DNA of 64,000 nucleotides from Eledone cirrhosa (Eukaryota): assembly GCA_964016885.1 (NCBI GenBank), contig OZ024743.1, positions 289,044,001 to 289,108,000 of the forward strand, given 5' to 3'. How positions within the stretch are numbered: the stretch's first letter is position 1; each line of letters opens with the position of its first letter. The notes beneath the pieces were generated by a model. That model was not told the origin of the DNA, did not search any database, and was given only the letters and a program-made list of their open reading frames with translations. Shown here one piece after another: positions 54,845-64,000 of this stretch. A program made the translations under genes and the position numbers.

Positions 54845-54845
<1 letters not shown>

Positions 54846-55199
54846 AGTTGCATTTATCTTGCTTTATGTTCATACGAGTTATCACCAAGTCACAACCAGT
54901 GACCTCAAGAGACAACAAGGTCCGCCATGTTCAAGAAAGAACATACATACTCACACATGCATCTTTAGTGTTTAGACTTGTGATGTACTTATATTGACAG
55001 AATCTTCCTTAGTATATGGGCAGTTCCCATTAGTACTATCTTTTGTATTTCTCCTATTCGCGGTTTCCTGGGATTTGCGACAAGTAATCATTAGACCCCT
55101 TAGGTATCATTCCCAGAGCGCCTACAACCACTGGTATTGTTTTATTTCTCAATTTCCACATTTTTCCAATTTCTATCTCCAGGTCCTTATACTTGCTCA

Positions 55200-55200
<1 letters not shown>
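54845..55200 (-). mobile_element. Second R4/Dong 3' fragment in the same (TAA)n array
   Basis: Minus: LSKYKDLEIEIGKMWKL..IPVVVGALG; bounded by (TTA)n on both sides. Confidence 0.8.
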
Positions 55201-55248
<48 letters not shown>

Positions 55249-55251
<3 letters not shown>

Positions 55252-55831
55252 AGAGTGTCGTGGGGGCAGAGCCCTGAAACATTTCTTCCAGTGGGTCCTG
55301 TCAGAAGCAACTGCCTCCATAGATCCGGCTGGATCCCAAAGCGTGACCAGTGTTATCCAAAGTGTTATCCAACCATCTTGCTCGGGGTCTACACCTGCGT
55401 CCCCTACCAGTTGGTTTTGCTCGTAAAATCTGTCCAGCGTTCTTTTACTGAGACATTCTAACAACATACCAATAGTATCGGAGCTGTGACCTCTCAATTC
55501 TGAGTAGTAGGGGCTTTACCTGGAGTGACTCTCTGATCGTTGGGCTACGCACTTTAATGTCAATTCAAAGCCACTTCGGAGGAATCCCATTTCGGCTGCT
55601 TGTATTTGCAATCGTACTCTTTCGGTCATTACACAGGATTCATGACCACATGGAAGGGTTGGCACGAATAGCGAATTGAAGATAGCGAGTTCGGCTTTTG
55701 CGCCTACCTCACCTTTTGATTACTGAATGCTTAAGCTGGTGCATTGCTGCTCCAGCTTCTGAAATTCTTAAACTTATTTGACCCGTCTGCCTTCCATCAT
55801 TTGTGAACTCGGCACAATATACTTGAACTTC
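55249..55831 (-). mobile_element. RTE/Expander-like LINE 3' fragment with (TAA)n tail
   Basis: Minus: KAELAIFNSLFVPTLPCGHES..RVRLQIQAAEMGFLR; VASDRTHWKK..ALPPRHSH. Confidence 0.75.
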
Positions 55832-56300
55832 TCTACCTTTCGTTAATATTTTAGACAAAAATCTGCAGCACAGAAACATCCGGAAATGATGGACCCTGTT
55901 GAGAGATAAAAATCGATGTCTTCGAAGGAAGTTCTTGGCTTTTCTAAAAGCCAAGAATAACTTGATGAAAATGAAGAAATCATAAATGCCGAACTTCAAG
56001 AAAAGTACAGGCTGCACCAGAAATGGATAGAGAACGAAAATAATTCTCAAAAGACAAAAAAGTATTACAAAGAGACAAAAAACACAATTCAAGGAAGGCT
56101 ACGCAAAATGAAGCAAAATTGCTGGAATGAAAAAGCGAAAGCCCTTCAGGAACCATGAAGTCTTTTTATCGAAATTTGAACTAAGTAGGGATGGATGCTC
56201 TCCCATCCTATCAGTTGAAGGCGATCTTTTGACAGACGGCAGGATATAATAATGCGCTGGACAGAGCAATTTTAAAAAGTACTCAAAAGTATTCAACTTG
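55832..56300 (+). mobile_element. RTE LINE EN-RT linker remnant (continuation of 50900-51940)
   Basis: SKEVLGFSK..LDENEE; LRKMKQNCWNEKAKALQ; PILSVEG-type motifs, decayed. Confidence 0.6.
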
Positions 56301-57915
56301 GAATATTAAAACGAAAACAAAAAAAAAAACAGATCTTATGTGTATAGAATAAATATACAACATTTAAATCCTATAATATATGACAAAATGGGCCACTTAG
56401 ACGTGGAGACGAAGGCAGTAATAGAGTTACAACACAGAGAACTAATACCCAGAGGAAACAAATTTGGCTGGTTATATATATAATGTATACATATGATATA
56501 TGTATATGTAGCTAAATTATATCATCAATTTGCCTTTGGAAGTCTGTAATGTGCACAAGAGTACAGAAGGAAATTCATTTGATGAGGATGACAATAATTT
56601 AGGCACAATTCCAATTGATGGAAATGGGAAATCGATTACATCGACCTCATATCCATATATGTACTTTATTTTCTCGATACCAGACTGTCTGAAACCTAAG
56701 GAGGGATTTGAGCTCAGAATATAAAGCGCCATAACTAAATACCAGAAAGAATGCTGTCCGAATAATAAGGAGGATAGTAATAGTAAGAATGATAATAATA
56801 GTGATGATAACGGGCAATAGTAGTATATTTAGAAAGAATAGCAATAACAATAAGAACCAGGAAAAATAATGAAAAACCTCAACCAAAAACGAAAAAGAAC
56901 AAAAAGCAATAAAGGAAGGGTTACAAACAATAATTAGAAAATAACGCAAATACGATGAATATAAAATAAAAGAAGAAATAAGAAAATGAGAAGAAAGAAG
57001 AGAAGAAGAAATAGATGATGAAGTTTGATGATCGGTTGAGTTTGTGATGAATGCCACATAACTTGACTTTGTTAAAATAGTTCTTTTTCTTCATCTATAA
57101 ATGGCGTTCAAAGAGATTAGCTTATATATATGGACGCAATGGCGGCCGACACTATGCGAATAAATTTCCGATAAAACTGAGCATAATTACATGAAAACAA
57201 ATGAAACTAATGCAATTATATATTAGGTCCTAAACCTAACTGAATTACGTATATTAAAGAAGATGAGATGAGAGGCGAAGAGAAAGAAGTCGGCAAGAGA
57301 CGAGAAGACGAGAGAAGAAAAAAAAAGCTTAGCGGTGAGATGAATATATAAGGAAAATATCAGAGACGGTAAAAGAAAGGTAAGAAAAGAAGGACAAAAA
57401 AGAAGAAAGGTGAGAGACGGAGGAACAATTCGGTATAAGGAAGAGATATGGTGTCAACAGGGGGAAGAGAAGAAAATTCCGAGCGTAAAATGTAGAATTT
57501 TACCATCACTAGCAAGATTATATATGTGTGTATGTAGGTAATTATGTATGTGACTGTGTATGCATGTATAATATATGTATGTATGCACGTATGTAAGTGT
57601 GCGTATACATACGTGCATACACACACACACACAGACACACACACACACAATATCTGTGTGTAAATTGTATGTGAGGCATGCGGTGGTGTGTGTAAGACGA
57701 AATACGTGACAGTAAGGAAAAATAGACGCTAAGACAGACAAAAAAACATATCATGAGACATGCATAGAGGAATGAATGAATGAATAAATAAATGAACAGA
57801 ATAGGACATAAATAGAGATACCAATATATTGATACTTTTCTAGATAGATAGAGAGACACATAGTCATATATACATACACACACACACACACACGTCTATC
57901 TCTCTCTATATATAT

Positions 57916-57964
<49 letters not shown>

Positions 57965-57968
<4 letters not shown>

Positions 57969-58150
57969 AGGGTGTGGTAAAATACCAGGTGGACCATAAC
58001 CCCCCAGAGTGCTCGATGCTTGGGGAAGTATAGTAGGTAATATGAAAAGATTCAGGACCCCGACGTCTGAGCTGCGGCCGTTGTTTCGACAGCTAGATCT
58101 GGATCTAGTTGTCGAAACGGCCGGAGCTCAGCCGTAGGGTTCCTGAATTT
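57965..58150. repeat. Fold-back family F copy
   Basis: Imperfect palindrome 58051-58148 centred on CTAGATCtgGATCTAG with GTCGAAACGGCCG; flanked by (TA)n. Confidence 0.8.
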
Positions 58151-58998
58151 GTTCATATATATATATATATATGCAGCATAGGGTGCATAGCATCTATTGA
58201 CTACATTTATTATGCAACAATGCACAATCGGTGCATGTGGCTTCATGAGTGAATTTCACCTAATCAATAACCAATTGATCGACAGAATTCGATTTAAGTC
58301 CGTGTCGGCTATAACAGTAAATGTGACGGTCAACACAGTGAAACATTAGCAACAGAAATCCCTAAGTGTCATCACAATGCCGTCAACCGATTGGCTACTG
58401 ATTCAGAAATTTACGTGACGGTAGGAGACGAAATTGACATAATTCCGCTCCAGCTATAAGCACTCAGCCAACGCATCTCAAACGCAAATTAACAAGCGAG
58501 TGAAAATACTGGTAATTAGAGAAAATCAGTCTCCAATCGCTGGACAATATAAGGGCAGCATCCGGCTCCAGTCACCAAGTACCATGGCGAGAAATAGTGC
58601 GACAGTGACAATGGTAGTGCCTAAAACGTTTCCGGACATTAAATGCCAACAGGCGATTAGACAGCGATATAGAGTTAGCGCGCTCGTTAGAATTCGAATT
58701 CTAGATATTTCGACCAACCACGTGCGTAAACCGGTCAAGTTCACAACTTGCACGTTGCACGATTCAACTTTATATATATATATATAAAGTGTGAGTCCAT
58801 AGATAGGGAACACATATAATAGGGACGGTATGTTCCAAAGATAACTGCGAACAATGATGTATAAGTACATACCTAGTAAAAGTAGATTGTCTCAATGATT
58901 TATAGCTGATTAGATGCACATCAAACTACACTCACACGCACACCCACACACTATCTCCCATACACATACATTCCTACATGTATACATACATACATAAC

Positions 58999-59075
<77 letters not shown>

Positions 59076-59131
59076 GTGAGGTTTTTTTTTACAAAAGGAA
59101 AAATAACCGAGGTGTCCTACACGAGTGGAAG

Positions 59132-59393
<262 letters not shown>

Positions 59394-60229
59394 GCTTTCA
59401 CTTGATTGTTTTTTCTCATATATGGCTGGCACGAACACGACTTTTTACGTTTGCCTAAGGAATTAGGTTCTTTGCTGCAAATAGTATGATATGGAACACT
59501 TGACTTAGAGAATGCACATATCGTTACATATGAATATTGTTATATTGACACACACACACTTTTCATATCCTCTAGCATAAAGACATAAAGAAACTAACTA
59601 AAAAACGTATCAGACACATAGCCACCTGAGGTACGTTCACTGCACTCGCCCTGATATAATTTTGGAATCAACGAAGGCTTAAAGATATATTAAAACTTTG
59701 GTTCTGAAGACGAATGCTCCTGTCTTTTGAATAACAGAATATCTTGCTCATGAAATTAACAGGTTCGCCCCTAAATAGTTAAGCGCTGGTTTGGAATATA
59801 ATGTGTAGTATTTATCTATGTCAATGGCCATCGAGTGTTATGACAATCACACTATGAATTAAGTAATGACAAATCATTGCGAAATTAGTTAATAGTTTAA
59901 ATTGTGGTAGCACAGTAATCTCTCGTAGTTAAGTTAGGGTTAATATATTTAATGCAGCAACCATTATAGCAAAGCTAATTACAAATTATAATATGGTGAG
60001 GAAAAACAATAGTGGACAATAAATATTATTGTGATGAATTTGTTTGGGGAAAACTCCAGACAGAAAATCTGGAGACATATATCTGTCTCCTTGTGTCTTC
60101 ATTAGCGCAGCATATATTTCACCATAGTAGCCAAAATATAGCGATGAAGATATCTCTAAGTAATAATAATAATATAAGATTTTTATTAATATTTAAACAA
60201 CGGAAAAAGAAGGGAAAAGCAAGTGCTCT

Positions 60230-60480
60230 AGGGTCACAGAAGAATGGCCACTGGGCCTAGGGTGCGATAAGACCACGAAAGCATTTGCATGGTCAATTGC
60301 CAGTGACACCCGCTATAATAGCCACCCCACCTTGCGGGTCTCCATACTCAGGCAGGCTGCCGACGCTCCGATCTTAGGGAAGAGTTCGGCAGTTCGGGGT
60401 CCGAGTAAGCCTGAGGTCTCGAGCGCGACCAGTCCGAAGAGGAAGCGCCCGGACAACCCTTGGTATTGGGCTAGAGGTAC
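60230..60480 (-). mobile_element. CRE-clade LINE 3' remnant (RLE C-terminus)
   Basis: YQGLSGRFLFGLVALETSGLLGP...GWLL*RVSLAI..ANA resembles the CRE pattern ETxG..QRxSxAxQRGNA. Confidence 0.6.
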
Positions 60481-60899
60481 TTTGTTTAGTGTGAGGAATA
60501 TCATTGTTTAGAGCAGCGTCTCCACCAGTAGTTCCAAAGAACACCCACATTCGAAGAGATAATGTGTATTTGTATAACGTTTAATATACATTTGTTATAT
60601 TATCATATAAATAAATTCATGAAACATTTTTGTTTCTATTAATGTCTTTTAACATTTTTGTTTCTATTAATGCTACCAGTTTAGAGATAAAGAAACCTAG
60701 CCACGCCGAATGTACGAAAATATGATTGTAGTTAGTATTATCATATTTGACGCTATTTACATTAAAAAGGGAACTAGATACAAATATGTGATAAGGAAAA
60801 AAAGAAGCAATATTAATGAATGACATTCTTCACATTAGACGTGATGAAGTATATGTTCTGGCAAACTCGTTTAGATTGTGGATACAGGCCTATGTATTT

Positions 60900-61195
60900 A
60901 AACACAGGCATGGTAAAGACGTTTGCTTCACAATCTTGATTTCGATCCCACTACGTGGCATCTTGGGCAAGTACCTTTCTTATAGTCTCTGGTCGAACTA
61001 AACATTATGAGTGAAACTGAGTAACTGAAACCTGTATAGATGCTCGTCGAATGGATTGTATTTTCAATTCAGAGTCCAGTCTTGCAATATATTGTGTCTC
61101 GTTGGAATACACGATAGCTTACAAGTTACACATTGAATTAATTGAACAACTGCTTCTTATCTTCGAAGTCGACGGAGGGTTCATCATATTGTGGA
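60900..61195 (+). mobile_element. Diverged tRNA-derived SINE
   Basis: atttcgatcccactacgtggcatcttgggcaagt head and ttcagag..cagtcttg body; similar decayed copies at ~38100-38430 and ~47190-47400. Confidence 0.5.
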
Positions 61196-61699
61196 AACTA
61201 TTTCTTTAATAAAAGTATTGTTATGATGTAGTAGCGGAATATTGTATACTAACAGTAATATACTAAAAATTCAGTTAAATTAATTTCGCGCGTTCATACA
61301 TAATTATAGTTTAGGTCAAGAAATGTTGCCTTAAACGAAGACTGCAGTGGAAAGTAAACTTTGATAGCATTCATTTCGGTAATATTTAAAGGTTAACTTG
61401 GGTTATAGGCAAATAATGCGTGGGAACCATGTGATAGATTATGAAAATGCTCCCTTCATCTAAACTGCGTGGTAAAAAGCCACATCCTACACGAAGTGCC
61501 TCTGATATGGCTATCATAGGAAAGTCTTGCAAAACAGGACGGATTTAGAGGAATAAGCCTCGGTAAAAATCATGCTTAACTCGTAGTAAGCAGTAGCTTA
61601 TGTGACAATCATCTGTTAAATTAGATGACCTCAGCATCATGAACACTGATGATCTCGCATATGATCGATTATTAATTTGACAATGGGTTGGCACATCTG

Positions 61700-62420
61700 C
61701 TCCATTTAGCGTTGTTCCGCAGCTACGGTCTGTACTGCTTCTGCATACTGTCTCCTCTTCACCGGGGCAGTATCGAAAGCCTCAGCATATTTCCTGGGCT
61801 GTGTCCCTGTGTGCTGGTTTTAGCTGGAGTATTTGGGCTGAGCAGGTTGGACACAGCGCGTATAGTTTGGTATGAGCAAAACTGCAGCCTGTCCCGATTT
61901 CCATACGCTTGCAGTTGCTTTTCTTGTATAATTTACAGAATGCTTGGGTTTTCTTTCACCAGTGCCTCTGTTTTTCCTAGTTCTAGTCTTTTTCATCTTA
62001 GCATTTTTTCACTCGTCGCCTCCTGTGTGCTTATTTACATTTTACTATTGGGGTTAGCCTTGTGGTTCTTTATTCTACCTTTGTCGCATTCCAGTGTTTT
62101 ATTTTCTACTTCTTCAATGATATCGCACACCCAGTGGCTCTCAGATCCTTCTGGGCTTGCGTGGGTCTTTTGTGCCTGGTATGTTTTTCTTTTTCTTTGT
62201 TTTCTTCCTTCGTCTTCTCTCTGACGATATGGCTCAGGAGATCCATGTTTGGCCTTATGAGCGTATAGGCGCGAATAAATTCGTTCTTTTTTCGATATAT
62301 CTGCGACAGAGTTCTCAAAGTGACAGTTGTTTTAAGGTCTTCTTAATTAGCTTGATGGAGAACCACCGACTAAGTTCCATGTTCTGATCATTCTTTCCAA
62401 TTCTTTCGCTTTCCAGTTTC
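61700..62420 (-). mobile_element. Decayed LINE (CR1/L2-like) EN-RT linker remnant
   Basis: K/R-rich minus frame with VKENPSILY motif; heavily disrupted. Confidence 0.35.
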
Positions 62421-63202
62421 CTTGATTTGTTCTTATTGGGGTGCCTTTCGTTGAGATTCCACAAGAAACAAACGATGTTTACTTTTTAATTCGTCACCTC
62501 ACAGTAAATGAAGCAATATGTTCGATCCTACCTTAACTCGATAACTAATCAAAGAAGTAAATAAAATAAAAAATACCAACCTCAAATATTTAATTGATTA
62601 ATTAATTAAATAAATATTAAATAATAAAAATAGAATGTCACTTATAATATTTCAATAATCAATTGAATATATAAATAAAACGAAATACTTATTTTATTGT
62701 TCCAATAAATAGAATAAAATACTTTAGCGAGATATATCAGAAAATAAATACACATTAATGACATAAATTTACGATGTAAATTTACGATGTAAGTTTTTCA
62801 GACTCCAGCATTACAGAAAATAATGAAATAAAATAGAAATAAAATAGGGATATTATTTACTCAGTATTTAAAGGAAAAAATAACCACGACGTATCTAAAC
62901 TTAGAGTAAATATTTAATAGAACAAACGGTAGTTTTCGAATGTGGTTGGTCTAGGGATGTTGGTGTAGTGGGGTGTAGTGTGGTAATGGAACCAAACTCC
63001 AATTTTCACTGCCTTCGTCTCTCCACCTCTCACAATCTCTCGCTATTATAAGCAAATTAGGGCTGACGCAATGGTCGCCCCGCGGCCCCGGTGGACAGAA
63101 AAGAGAAGGCGTTTCCCCTGAGGATGGTGAAGGAGACACACTGGAGCCATTCCAGCTCGCCAGGCTCACACCTGCGGGTAGCCAACTCCGTCGCTTTTCT
63201 AA

Positions 63203-63606
63203 ACATTTTGAAAACCTTGCGCTATCATTTTAAAGTAGTGACTATGTCACTTACTTCTTTTTTCGGCAAAGGAAGGGAGATATGCTGACAGATTCTGTTT
63301 CACACTGTTGGTGTTGCTCTGACGAAAATTATAGAGACTGGATTTTTATAGAATTCCAGTAATTATACAGAGCAATTGCCGGTCCAGCAAACATTAAAAC
63401 TTAGGATTGGTGCTCTGAAATAACGATGTATACATGAATGTATGTTTAGTATATTTCGCATTATGCCGTATGTTTAATTAAACACATTTTGTCGAAAAAA
63501 GAGGTATGTGACATAGTCACTACTTTAAAGTGATAGCGGAAGGTCTTCAAAATGTGTTTAATTAAACATACGGTATATTGCCAAATATACTATACAAACA
63601 TTCATA
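63203..63606. repeat. Nested fold-back element with decayed hammerhead
   Basis: 63203-63270 inverted at 63488-63556; 63432-63490 inverted at 63549-63606; TTGCT-CTGACGA...AGCAA at 63314-63375 lacks GAAA. Confidence 0.75.
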
Positions 63607-63626
63607 TATATATATATATATATATA

Positions 63627-64000
63627 TATAAGTATGTATACGTACATACATATATGTATACAGACGTACAGTAGTATGTATATATATATATATATACATA
63701 CATGCACACATATATATATATGTACGTATGGATTCACAGAACATTTATTATAATGCTCGCTGTGTTTGTAAACAAACATCTCGAATTAAGCCGTACAGTG
63801 TCTAGCAACCATCGTTGCTCATTTGTTCAAGACTGACAAAGGAACGCTGTACTAGTTTCAAGCTTATTAGCTATTGTCAGCAACGTATACCTTCCTGCCA
63901 GATGGTTGAACGTCTGAAAGTATATACTTTCCTGATGCATATAAACGGCTGAACAGCCTAATTTGCATATCGAGTGAGTTAATCGGCCGGGGTACCGAAA
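63627..64000 (-). mobile_element. Fourth copy of the 424-bp retrozyme-like unit (runs off the window)
   Basis: Collinear with 30771-31130; hammerhead at 63844-63886 reads CTGACAA (G8 to A). Confidence 0.88.

Noticed and set aside
58200-58790. CpG-richer unique segment with ATTGG and TGACG motifs as a promoter
   Set aside because: Short motifs are expected by chance; no associated exon or TSS evidence.

Overview
This is very AT-rich, microsatellite-saturated animal DNA. The SINE types, 5S sequence and (TA)n/(CA)n/(ATGT)n load suggest an octopus or other coleoid cephalopod (inference). No host protein-coding gene is recognisable, and nearly all long ORFs in the track are microsatellite artefacts. 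Autonomous-type retroelements present: two decayed Naiad-type Penelope-like elements (RT + CxCx5C + GIY-YIG), one with a 1.15-kb inverted duplication; a 5'-truncated but open R4/Dong LINE in (TAA)n plus two other R4/Dong pieces; and several RTE remnants. Also present are a repeated ~600-bp non-autonomous RTE derivative, a Chapaev3-like DNA transposon, a small Helitron, tRNA/CORE SINEs and a 5S rRNA copy fused to a SINE/LINE-type tail. The main unannotated signal is about 12 minimal type I hammerhead ribozyme motifs from about 8 unrelated short repeat families. They include a 424-nt-period tandem plus inverted, retrozyme-like unit. About 10 fold-back insertions, mostly next to (TA)n tracts, accompany them. 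All ribozyme folds were made by eye and none is tested.
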